The notes beneath the pieces were generated by a model. That model made no database searches. It saw nothing but the letters and a program-made list of their open reading frames with translations, and was not told the DNA's origin. Below are positions 37,193-49,430 of a stretch of 64,000 bases of DNA, piece by piece; positions within the stretch are counted from its first letter, which is position 1, and the number at the start of each line of letters is the position of its first letter. The position numbers were made by a program, and so were the translations under genes. The DNA comes from Perkinsus chesapeaki ATCC PRA-425 (lineage: Eukaryota; Protista; Perkinsozoa), in the NCBI GenBank assembly GCA_013115145.1, contig JAAPAO010000131.1:1-64000 (forward strand), in the 5' to 3' direction.

Positions 37193-40100
37193 CTAAACAT
37201 GTAAATGGCCGAAGTTAAATCTACTTGGCTGGTCTACCACCAAAGCATAGCCAAGCTCGCCAGTCCGTAGCCTTTGCTCGGACATACTGAAAGAACGCAA
37301 TCCAGCAGCAGCAGCATTGTGCAATACCGTAGCCAGGCTTACAGGGGCGGGTTGGTCATGAACGACCTGAACTTCAGTAGTCTTAACAATGCCATGAGGG
37401 AGCCATGGGTCAGTGTCTTTAGGAAGGCTTAGGTCCACTGGGGCGCCGTTCGCAGGAGCCTGGCGAGCGTAATGGACTGTAGATGTAGGGGTGATGAGCT
37501 TACCGAGATGCCGCACTTCTTAGCTCTTTTCTCTGGAGGGAGCTCATGGAACTTGTGGAAGATTTCCCTCATAACCTCAACACGTCCCTCTAGCTGTTCC
37601 AAAGACCAAGTACCTGAGGGGAGAGCCCGTCGAATCGATGAAGCTGGAGACTTCCAACTTACAGACAGACTTGTAGTTCTTAGTGCCCGGCTTCTCCAGC
37701 CTAGACATTCTAACGTTGACGATGTCCTCCGCGTTGAAGTCGGAATGCTGTCCCTCGGCCTGGACATGGTCCACAAAAATCTCAATTGTGTACTTGTACC
37801 TGCCGATATTATTCGGAGAGAAAAACCCTTCCGAAAGCTTACGGTCGAACAGGATAGAGATCCTGTGATATCTCATTGGCCTCATCAACCAGCGGCCACA
37901 GCTTCTTCAGTGCATAGTCGACGACCGCCTTGTACTGCTTACTGCCGCTTCCCCATCTGCCAGTATGATCAGCGCCGCTGTAGCAATAGCAGAATACCTC
38001 TCCTTTGCCTTGGTGAGATAGAACTCGAGTTCAGCTGGGACCTGGCCGTCCAGCTGGGCCATGGCCTGCTCGAAACTCATGTCCTTATCCTCTTTATGGT
38101 TGGGGAAGTGTATTCGCACCATAATGGCTTTACCCAGGAGGATGTTATCGAGGTGATGCCTGCCACAAGTGCCATGATCCTTCCACTTTGGCGCCTAGCC
38201 TACAGTTTCTCTTTGTCTCCTGCCTTAAGCCGTCTGCCATTAAGCTGTACCGAGCCTTTCTCTGACATCATTTGAATCCCAACCTTGCCCTCCTCTGGGC
38301 ACACAAACTTGCACAAGGGCTCATCATTAGGAATTCCTAGACCGCGCACCACCACCTGTCAGCACCAGAGTCAGCAGTACCGATGGCTTTGCCGCTGGCT
38401 TACCGCGCATTTGTGCTTATGGCTTCCGACTAAGAACTCGTGATGGCCATGAAGTGACCAGGCAAGGCTGCCACTCAGAAGGGGATCGGAAGACACGTTA
38501 AGAAGGAAGGGATGCTTCCTGTCCACTACGTCCTGACAAGAATGCGATAATTTCCTGGCGCGCAGTAATCGTTCCCCCTCACTCCATGCTTGATCCCCTT
38601 CTGTTTAAGATATGACTCCCTGTCCTTTGCCATTTGCTTGTTCTTTTTGAGTTGGTCATGGAAATCCGTTTGCATCAGCGATATCTCGTGCTTATGTGCC
38701 TCCAGTTCAGCCTAGCCAGGCAAATCTTCCAGCAGCACACCCCTCGAACCTCCTCTCACCTTCAATTTCTTGATCTCCTCATTCTGCTCCTTTTCCTTTG
38801 CTATCCTGTCGGGGTCGTCCACTCCCTTAGCAGCAAGCTGCTTCTTCAGTGCCTCCATGGCTTTCTTCATAGCATCCACATTTCCAGCCTGAACGGGACA
38901 GCCACACAGAGCACTGCCAAGAGCCGCTCTTACCGCCGCCTGGTTCTGGACAGCCGAGGTCTGGACCTTCTTAACGGAGGTGGCGAATCTCAGAGTCGAG
39001 ACGGTCTCAAAGATTTCGGAGCCAGAAGGCGAAATAGCAGCGATCTGATAACCATTGATGAGATGCTGGTGTTACTTTGTGAGGCTACCATAAAAGTTTT
39101 GCTGTTGCCAGAAAGCGAGTCCTTAAGAAGGAAAGTGAGCTTGGAGTTACGGAAGGGTACATGGCCCTTACCTTTACCTTCAGACAGCGTAGCTATCACC
39201 TACAACATCAATAAGTAATTAAAATGCAAGGTGCCAGGTTCGAACCTGGGCGAGAGTCGAAAGAGACTTGTTGATGGCGATTCCCTCCTTAAGTCGACTG
39301 CCTTCTGAATGTGTCTTCGCCTGTCTCTCACTACCAGCAAGATCGACAAGGTTGATTCTGAGGCACTAAATGATAAAGTAATATATCATATAATAGCCCA
39401 CCTTGAATGAAGGTCTCCAGTGCCATCAGCACTTACACGTTGGACCCTTAATGTGAAGACAGCATGCGAGCGGGAGGATACAGCGTTCATATTGGTGGCC
39501 CCAACGGCTCTATAAAATACAGTCGGATATAGAGAGCAGGAAGAAACGATCTCACCTCTGGGCTGTACCGTAGTCAAGAAGGCCTTTCACATCTTTCAAT
39601 GATTCTACAGCTGCCTCGACAGCTCCGGAGATTATCACACCTTGGCCGGCTTGATCGTAAAGGGACAGACCCTCCTCTAAATTGGCAGGGGTATCTTAGG
39701 TTGAAGGTTACATAACATACCATTGGTATCTTCGTCTCCAGCTGCTAGAAGATCTCGAATCTTTTCATTATATATTTCAAGGTAAGATACCCATACGTGA
39801 GTTTGAGGGTACTTTGGATCTGCATGCTCCACCTTGGCGAACAAGGCCTTGGTTAGCCTTGGTATCATACCTGATACCACACTTCTTCTTTATCGCAGCA
39901 GCACTAATATGCTTACCAGGATCTCCCGAGCCTCCAAGCATACTGTAACTCTTTCCACTGCCTGTCTGACCATAGGCGAACAGACACCCATTGTAGCCAT
40001 CCATGGAGTTATCCAGTATAGCCTTGCCGATATCATCATAAAGCTGAACGGAAAGCATTCAACGTAATGTGGCAGTTTATTACCGTAGAGTTGTTGGCTC

Positions 40101-40385
40101 GACTGCTGGCCGATTCAGTACTATCATAAGCGTAGTCATAGAAGAATGTCTTCCCGGCAGCTGGTGCCTTCCCTGTAGACTTCTCGTTCTCCTTGGGTAT
40201 TTCCCCAATAACTTGACCTATAATAACACGTCTCTTTAAGCGTCTCTTCATCCCCTTTTGTTCCCTTTACATGCGTTGCCTTCTATAAGAATACTCTGTT
40301 TTGCCCCCAATGCCTTCTCCCTATCATTGAATGGCCTCATACGTATGGCCACTTTAATATTATCATCTTTCTTGGCTCCTCCCAT
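37193..40385 (-). CDS. Kinesin motor protein (kinesin-3-like), multi-exon
   Basis: [29 protein letters not shown] (P-loop), [65 protein letters not shown], then coiled coil and a C-terminal domain. Confidence 0.93.
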
Positions 40386-40805
40386 GTTCCGGAGTTCAGT
40401 AATGTAGAGTGCTAATAGACAGGCGGCGGCGGCAGTGCGGCCGTCTCTAATCTTGCTACTCTTACGTTTCCTTAATGTTTCTCGCACCTCCTCCGAAATA
40501 TGTTTCCCGCGTCTCCTCTACGATATTGTGACAGCGCGTATGAACGATTCAGGTGTTCAGAGGTGGTGTATGCATGTTATTCATTCTAGCAATACCTGTC
40601 ACTTCCGAGGCTCACTGACTTGACACCAAATTCGGCAGCTGCTTAGGTCCGTCTTGGATGAGGCTAGATTTGTCGAACTCTCCACCGGTTTCTTTCGAGC
40701 CATAGAGCGTTCTGCTACACAATACACAAGAATGGGCGACTCATTCGTCCTCGGACGTGAGAGACTAACTCAGAACTGCCACTAACAGTTGTTATACCTT
40801 TTATC

Positions 40806-41680
40806 ATGCTGCTGCATATATGTAAGGTTATCCTAATCTATTTAATTACACTGGAAGGGGTGACAGCTTTACAATCGAATAGAAAACGTAAAAGTTCAAG
40901 CCCATCCGGCGATGATGCTCCCGGCAATAAGCGCCCCAATAGCGGCGCTCTCGCTTGGAGGGAACTAAAACGAGCAAACGGTGATGAGGATGATGATGAA
41001 ATGGCGTGGTCTGATTCCACCAGCAATCCGGGGTCACCTGCTATGTCGGATGAGCCGGAGCTTGACCGAGGCCCGTCAGGTGGCGTATCGTCACAAGGAA
41101 AGACGAAGCACGCAGTGTTCCAGGTAATCCGCTTTGGGCTGAAGTGGATTTTCCTATTTTTGTAGGATGGCTACCGTATTACATTACTGCCAACTTCTGA
41201 GTGCGACATTTTCCGTGATCAAGGCTTCAGCTGGAGTTACCACGTCGCTGGTGGGTACGTGACAACCACAGACATATTATGCCAGGACGGAGGGAAAACG
41301 TATACGAACACTTTGTAAGCCTCAGAACAGCCTACTTCGGTGGCTCTGTTGAAATGCGAGCTTGAAGCATATGTTTCAGTAATCGAAGAAGCCAAAAAGC
41401 TACTGAGGTGACGTACGATGGAGTGATCGCACCGCAAGCTGCAGTTAAGCACATCAGAGACCCACTTGCAGAATCTAAGATCCCGGCAAAGAACCCGGAA
41501 AATAGTGGAGACTGTTTGGATGCTGCGAATGCCGTGAAAAACTTCTTAATGAGTGGCAAAGGCCAAGGAGGCTTCTACGACTTTTTTGAGACGCTGTGTT
41601 CGTTTTATAAAATGAATGTGTTCGACAAGATAGAAGAGTCAGATAAGGTGGACATCTCAGAGTTGAAGATACGTGTCTAA
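40806..41680 (+). CDS. Putative secreted protein, copy 1 (signal peptide, RKRK motif, acidic patch, unknown C-terminal domain)
   Basis: MLLHICKVILIYLITLEGVTA-LQSNRKRK; intron 41124-41165; C-terminal segment ends FCSFYKMNVFDKIEESDKVDISELKIRV*-like (ETLCSFYKMNVF...). Paralogous to 42455-43311. Confidence 0.7.
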
Positions 41681-41984
41681 CTCATGACGATACTCTATTA
41701 TTTGTTGATGTTATAACCATTTGCCATTGCGTTGTAGAGTATATACGGTCATCTATGCGACAAAACATCGACGAACTGCTCGTCCACTAGTTTATAAACG
41801 TGTACAGAACCACATTTTGAGAATGTAACACGGAGATGCTGACGTTGGTGCTTATCGAGTTGATCGGCGTATAGAAGCTGTCGGATAGACAACAAGAGTT
41901 GTACACTTGAGTCAAGTGACTTGACCTTGAATCGGTACGACGTCTAGAGCGCCGTATGTGCATTAGCCCCCAATGCCTTGTCCC

Positions 41985-42200
41985 TATCATTGCACGACCC
42001 TACATATGGCCAATTTAATATTATCATCTTTCTTGCCTCCCCCAATGATATGAAGCGATCGACACTGACAAGTGATACTGCCTCTACTATTCGTCTCTTA
42101 CATTTTCTCCATGTTGCACATTTCCGTCGGCACCTTGTTGGCCTCGTCTCCCTCCAAGAAAGCCTCTCAATGGACCAGAGTATTCCGAAAACGATTTAGG
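41985..42200 (-). pseudogene. Decayed duplicate of kinesin exon 1 and its 5' flank
   Basis: Near-identical to 40303-40530 (for example ttaatattatcatctttctt), but the ATG is lost and a 2-nt deletion gives a premature TGA. Confidence 0.75.
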
Positions 42201-42454
42201 GATGATACGAAAGCTTTGAAGTGCTCCCTCCGTTTTATTCTTCCTGGTGAAACGGATCGTGCGAGATTTTTACTCGTCAAGCGCCCCATGGCAGATCCCA
42301 ACATGGCTAGGTCAGTTTGGAGACTAGACTCGTGGAACTTGCCGACATTTGGCCCGCAGCCCTAGAGAGCTCTGTTATACAATAAGTAGTTCAATCGTGC
42401 CCGAAGTTGAGTCGGAAGTTTGTCACTAACAGTTTTTACACGTATTATTGTATC

Positions 42455-43311
42455 ATGCTGCTGCGCATCTGTAAGGTTATCCTAATATGTAACATTACAC
42501 TGGGAAGGGTGACAGCTTTACAATCGAATAGAAAACGCAAGAGGCTAAACCAGCACAACGATGAGCCTAGGAGTAAAATCGCTTGGAGGGAATCAAAACA
42601 AGCAGACAGTGATGATGATGAAATGGAGTGGTCTCGCAATCCAGGGTCATCGGCATTTTCCGATTACCAGGACCTCCCTGAGCCCCATCTTTCCAGTGGT
42701 TCATCTCCGGGTGGCAAGGTGAGTTCCTACCTCTGCTCAATGTCCCGCGTTATATCTGGATGATTTATCCCTTATAGGAGGGTTATCAGCCTCGATTCTT
42801 ATCATATGTTGGCGAGTGCGAGATCGAAATGGATGAATTAAAATGGAATTATTACGTGATGGAAGGAGGCTACGTAGCGACCACCGATACAACTTGCAAC
42901 TACGACGACATATACTCCATCACCTTGTAAGTTACTCAGTGTACTCACCCACACTTTGTGAATTACCATCTCCCCACTTATTGGCTTTATCGCGTTCGTT
43001 TCAGTGAGAAGGACAACCAGCAAACGGAGTTTGCAATGGAGGGGTTAATGATGGTCCCAGAGGCCGTACTGCGAAAGTTGAAGGATCCACTCGCCGAATT
43101 GAAGGTGCTGGCAACAGTGCCAGTCGCAAGCGACTCTGAGGGATGCCAGACCGTCGCCGACTCCGTTAAAGACTTCATCTTAGCTAAGAGTGAATCCAAC
43201 GCCAGGACCTTCAGTGATTTTATTAAAGTGTTTTGTTCGTTTTATCGAGAAAGTATATTCGAGAAGGTAAATCGTTCAGATATGATCGACATTACAAAGT
43301 TGACCATCTAA
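42455..43311 (+). CDS. Putative secreted protein, copy 2
   Basis: MLLRICKVILICNITLGRVTA-LQSNRKRKR; intron near 42719-42777; C-terminus KVFCSFYRESIFEKVNRSDMIDITKLTI* aligns with copy 1. Confidence 0.7.
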
Positions 43312-44088
43312 GCTAGTTTAGCTCATGACAGTCATTGCTGTTGATGTTACAAGCTCTATAGCAGCAGCCTTGTGTGGTTAGTGATTCTTTCGGCCGCCGG
43401 GGGGTACTTACAGCCAAACTGCGCTGTAGTGTAACGTAAGTTCACCGAACTAATTTACCGTAGTCGGAAATACACCTATCACCGGAAAGTTCGATAATAT
43501 AACCCCTCGTCCCGGAAGTCTCTAATCTGCTCAAAGAGCTAGTAGCCTAGTTAGTTCGATTGTCCACAGCCTCCTATTGGTTGCGGAGTGGGACCCTCCA
43601 ACATGTTTCGCGGACTGGCTTATTTCGTGAACTTGAACTACGTGAGTGTTGTTCCTCGAATATGGTCATGGAAGACATACTGCGATAATTGTATGGGATG
43701 GGAAACGGGAAGGATCTTCCCGGAAGATCGACCCACCACGGTAAAATACCAAGGACAAGTCATTGCCAAGGTCTGGTCATGAAACGACGACCAGGCATTG
43801 GCCTTCCACACAAAACCGTCTTCTCTGTGATTTCCCGGCCTAGATTGTTACCATCTTCGCCAAGAGTGGGCATAAAGCTTTTGTGTTCATCACTATTATC
43901 TGAGGTTGCCCTGGTCTAAAGTTCAATCGTCTATTCACTGATGTCTGTGACCTTCCTCTCCACTAGACAACACAAGAGGTCTCGTCCTGGGAAATGAACG
44001 TTGTAATGGTAGTGTTGTCATCACCGTGGATAAACAGTAGATACACAGAAAACAGGACAGTTGTAGCGATCTGCTGCCTCACTCCCAT

Positions 44089-45120
44089 TTATCGTCTCCT
44101 GCGGCCACCCTTCGACTTCCCTCCCTTTCCTGGCTTATCGTCGACGACCTCCTCGTGCTTGAACTGTATCACAGCAGCAGCAGAATCATCATCATCATCG
44201 TCATCAGAGTCGACTTGCACTTTTTTCCCTGCCCGACCGCGGCCCTTATTCTTCTTGGCGAATCTGAACAGCGAATGGGAGCCCGCGAATCTTATCGAGC
44301 CGCTCACTGAGCAAGGAAGGCATCCTCGTCCTCCGAGTCAGACTCATCAGAGTCATCGTCCGAACCCGATTCTGGTGGTGGAGTAGGCGACCTACGGCCC
44401 TTGTTCTTCTTTTGTTTGGCGAACCTATTAGGGACCAAGTGAGCCCAAGGCATGCCAAGGGTCTTACTGTGCTAAGAAGGCATCTTCATCATCATCACTT
44501 TCATCCTCATCATCATCATCGCTATCAGACTCCTCTACGACAGGCTGGCGAGATTTACCACCGGCAAACCTAGGACATCATCGTCCGACCATTCATCCGA
44601 CGACATCAAGCCTTACATTGCCAAGTCGAGATCGCTATCATCATCATCGTCTGCTTCCTCCTCCTCTTCTTCCTCCACCACTTCCACCTGAAGTCAGTAG
44701 TAACTGCAAATGTTCATCCATATGTTGTCATACCGGCTTCTCCTCCTTCTCCTTCCGTTTGCTCTTCTTCTCCTTTTTATCCTTCTTCTCCTTCTTTCTC
44801 CGTTTCTCCTCCTCATCATCATCATTGCCTTCCTTATCCTTCTTAGATTTCTTCTTCTTATCCTTCTTATCCTTTTTCTCCTTCCCTTCCTTATCCTTAT
44901 GATGATGGTGATGATGATGCTTATGTTTCGTCTCCTCGCCATTCTCCGTCAACGAGTCCAAGGACTACAGCCAAAGTCGCTGTGGAGTCTATGATACTAG
45001 TCTACCTCCTCAGCGATCGACTCCACATCCTTTGATCGGCTCTTCTTCTTCCCACTAGGGGCCTCGGCAACAACTGCCGGAGCGGCGGCGACCACAGCAG
45101 CAGCAGCAGCTTCCTAAGAA
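44089..45120 (-). CDS. Lys/Asp/Glu/His-rich low-complexity protein region
   Basis: Exons encoding HKHHHHHHHKDKEGKEKKDKKDKKKK, poly-D/E tracts and GKGGKSKGGRRRR*. May be a separate gene or an extension of the ABC-F gene. Confidence 0.45.
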
Positions 45121-45511
45121 TAACACTTTTCCACAGAACGCACCTTAAATTTGTGAGTGGTGATTCCGCTAGTAAATATGGATGTAACTGGCAGCAGTTC
45201 CCATATGGGAGGACTACTGTGACTCTAGAGAGAGTCTCAAGGTGTTTATGGAAGTTAGAGCTGCTGGTCCGAGTGACCGGAGGAGAGCCAGGTGAAGGAC
45301 TAAGACGTCGAGATTGATGACGCTCCACTTGGAGACGACACTGCCTGGGAGCTGGCTCCCCAGCCTGTCTCTTAACTGCTATGCTTTCATACTTGGTACA
45401 GTCGGTAGTATGCCAGACGGTGTGGGCTATTGCGCAGCGTTGTCAGTCGGCGAATGATGCGTGAAGTGGAATGTGACTTTATGGGTACATGTAGTACGAT
45501 TCCTAGTACGA

Positions 45512-48500
45512 TTAGCATACCTCCTTTTCCTTTTGCTCCTGCAGTCTCTTCCTCTTAGCTTCCTCTTTCCTCTTCTTCCTCGCCTCATCCATCATAGCAG
45601 CCACTCCCAACTTAGCCTTTTTTCCATTCTTAGGACCGGTAAGCTCCAACTTCGCCGGTTGGGAAGCAGCAGCAGCCTGCTCCTCCTTCCGTTGTGCCTC
45701 AGCTGCCACATGCGCGCTTTCGACCCTCTTCCGTCCGAGTCTAGCTGCATGACGCTCCATCTTAGACTTCCTATTCGCCTCCATCTGCTGCTCGACCCTC
45801 CTCTCCCGCTCCTCGACCTCAGCCATAACCCTATTGCGGTACTTATCGAAGTTGCCGTTGAACTTCCAAACCGTGCCGTCGGAGCAGATCCACATCTCGC
45901 AATCGAGGCTCTTGATAAGCCTGGCGTCATGGGACACTACCACAACACCGCCGTCCTGACAAAAATCCATCTTCCTGGCTCTTCATTCCCCTATTACGTA
46001 TTCCTCCAGACTGTCAATAAGAGCCTCAACAGTTTCAATATCAAGATGGTTAGTAGGCTCATCAAGAATAAGCAGATGAGGTGCTCTCAGGCCCAGCAGG
46101 GCAAAAGCCACACGGGCCTTCTGACCACCGGACAAGTTGCCGATATGCTTAACGTGCGACTCGGAGGGAAGACCGTACCGTCCCAAAATCTGACGGGCTT
46201 TCTCCGGCGTCTTGACTTGTGCCGGGCCAGGTAGGGTTCGGCCAACCTGCAGTATTTGCTCAACAGGTGTGAGAGCTAGATCAAGTTTCTCCTCGAAGTG
46301 CTGGGAGAAGAGCTCGACCCTCAAGCCGTGGTTGGCCATTATCTCTCCCTCAGTCGGCTCCAACTCAGATGTGAGCAGCTTTAGGAATGTCGACTTGCCC
46401 GAACCGTTCGCACCAACAACGGCGATTCTCGAAGTGCAGTCGACACCGAACTCTACGTGGTTGAGGATATAAGGAGGCTTGCCAGAGTAGGAGAAGGAGA
46501 CGTCCCGAAGGCCCAGACCTCCCAGGCGGTCGTCCTGGCCTTGGCCCTTGAGATTGAATTTAACCTTGTACTCTACAGGCTTCGTAATGTGAGCGTTCTT
46601 CTTCATAAGGGCCTCACGGTCAGCCTTGCTCTTGCAGTTCTTCAATTGCCTCTGGAGCAGGTCCCACTCCTTGCTCTGCTTTGCCACCTGCTGCTCGTGC
46701 ATGCGTTGGAAGTCAGTATAGCCTCCACGATATCTGAACCGGCTCTCATACTAACGACCCAGGTTCGAACCCCACACCCTATTATTACTGCATAAGCTTC
46801 TTATTCTCTACCGATATGATATCAGTACAAACGCTATCAAGGAAGTCAGCATCGTGACTCACCACCAGCACCGTATAGGGGTACTGCTCGGCAAGGTAAT
46901 GGTCCAACCTAGGCAAGCCATACAGACACCGCCCCCCCACAGAAGTCCCTACCAGAGGACTGCATCCAGATCCAAATGGTTAGTAGGCTCATCCAGCATT
47001 AACAACTTAGGCTGCATAAATAACGCTCTAGCAAGGGACACACGCATCCTCCAGCCTCCAGAGAACTGTCGCACGGGCTTCTCTTGGTCCCTTATCAACA
47101 GCACATCACTATTATAATAACAACAGCACTCCCTCATTACTCTGGTGTGAATCCAAGGCCTGCCAAGATCTTCCTAACCTTGGCCTCCTGTTTGTCAGCT
47201 TCCCTCGCCGAGAGACTTCTGATGACCTCCTCGAGCCTATCCTGCAACTTCATAATATTTTCGGTATCAGCAGCCTTCTCCTCGTCATCTGCAGCTTCGT
47301 CTAATTGCTTCATTATATCATCTTCCTCCTTCAGTAGCTTCACCGTAGTAGCATCAGCACTAAGAACCGCATCGATGACCTTGGAATCGGTGGCCTTGGC
47401 CTCCTGCTCGACCAGGAAGACATCCCAGGAGTCGGACACCGGTATAGCTCCATGCTGAATGTGCTTCAACAGAGTTGTTTTACCATAGCCGTTCGGGCCC
47501 AACAGACCGTACCTATATCGATAAGTTGAGGCAAAGTGTCAGATGCGAGGATCGAACCTGTGCCCTTGGACTATCCTAAAGCTGGCATCGACAAAAAGCT
47601 GCTGTTTGGGTGCAGAGATTGACAGACCCTCCACTGTGAGGGCATTATCGTCACATTTAATGCCGCCCTCAGGGACCGACATAGAGTATGCCTCCAGACC
47701 AGTTGGTGGGACGTATCTGCAGACCAATAGACCTCTAATCACATATGATACATCTAAAATTCGAACTAGGCTAATATAGACAGCAGCCGAGTCAACGGTG
47801 AAGTGGGAACAGTTGTTCATGTCATTGTAATGGGCAAATCAATTAAAAAAGTTATATTAAAATCCGCTGCTGTCCTAGAATCGGGTTTACGAAAACACGA
47901 TTACGATTTCAGAACTAGCCCATCGAGTTCCGGTATGGTATCCTACCCTGCCCGAATATTCTCCACACGTTTCTTTTCCTTTTCCTCTTGTTCAGCCACC
48001 AGTGCAGCAGTATCCGTAGCTTGCTTCTTTATTTGAGACAACAACAGCCTAGTAACCATAGTACTGGTGAAGTCAGGTCGGATAAATATAAGGCGTCCAG
48101 CCGTGCCTGAGACACACCATTCAGAGCCCCTACCGCGGCCATGTGCTCGCACCTAGTTTAACATCAACGTAGGGAAGCTCATCATGGACGTCCTCCAGCT
48201 TCGGCACTTGGACTTCGGCATAATTAACCAGGCGGACATGACTGATGCTAGCATCTCCTGTGTACGAGACTACGTCATCAAAGGCGTATCTTAGGTTGAA
48301 GCGCTGATGCCAAAATTTCCCTCCGAAGGCCATTACGCGTCGAATTTGAGCTTCTTAGGCTTCTCTCCCTCTTGGCTAGGCAGTACCTCATCGAACTTAA
48401 CGGCCGATTCTTCCTCCTCATCAGGGTCATAGACCAACGTGATGATCTACAGTGACGTCAGAGCCTCCATGGCTCCAGCCCACCAGCTACCTGTGCCGTT

Positions 48501-48905
48501 AGTTTCAATCGGAGAGTGACGGCCTTAGTGGACTGCGGGCATTGGACGAAACCAAAGCCCATTGTGGATCGGAAGTCCCCCATATTAGTAAACACACAGT
48601 CGGAGTCCTTGCCAAAGACTTTGGTACCTCCAGTGGGTCTAACCTTATTGACCTAAGATACGTCACTCCCCAGCCAGCCAGCAGCCCCGCCCTATTACAA
48701 AGGTAGCTCCTTGACCATCTATAATCTCCACCCTCTCTCCCAGTGCTTGGATGACATCTCTTCGATTCAGCATGTTACCAGCTCCATCCATTACATAGTC
48801 GTTAGGGAAGGCGTCCTCGTCCATAGCAGCAGCCCTTCGTTCCTCTGGAGTCTGCTTCTTACTAGCAGCAGCAGCGGCCTTCTTTGCTTTGGCAGCTTTA
48901 CCCAT
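45512..48905 (-). CDS. ABC-F family ATPase (ABCF1/ABC50-like), multi-exon, with N-terminal extension
   Basis: Two nucleotide-binding domains: [11 protein letters not shown] / [16 protein letters not shown] / [11 protein letters not shown], and GANGSGKST / LSGGQKARV / [11 protein letters not shown]. No transmembrane segments. Confidence 0.92.
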
Positions 48906-49430
48906 TATATAGTCCTTGTCGTTTTGATGATGACAGACAAGCTACCATTCAGCGATGCTGCCCCACTACAACTCAACAACATAATGAAACCGTCCAGAGC
49001 AATGGCTAAGGCCCAAGTGATAATATAAACTAACATAGGAGTAAAAAGCATCTTATACGAGGCCAGCCACTTTAGGTTCTATCGGTTTATTGTTGCACAG
49101 TAACCTCAATTAACGCCACGGCCCGAGGACCACAGGTGACGCAAGGTAACAAAATGAGAGTACCGTTCTGACTCAGGGCGGCAATCAAGGCTGTAATTAT
49201 GCCATTTCCATGCAGCCCAGATCCACGCCGGCAACCCATACGTGTAAGACTAAATACTGTCAACCACCGGTTCTCATATGGGACACTTCCCTTCATCTAC
49301 AGCTCTAGAAAATATTTTTGTGAAAAATGCGGAACGTAAGTCGCTTCGCTCCGCTAACAGCGCAGAATTGTCCCCGCTTACGTCTTGGGTCGCTGCGCTT
49401 CCCAAGACCTCTTTATCAGCCAATTACTAA

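Noticed and set aside
39233-39250. Palindrome CCAGGTTCGAACCTGG resembling a tRNA T-arm
   Set aside because: Straddles a kinesin exon/intron donor and no other tRNA elements are present.
43588-43782. Possible microprotein ORF (MFRGLAYFVNLN...VIAKVWS)
   Set aside because: Competing frames and splice options and no recognisable motif; cannot be supported without expression data.
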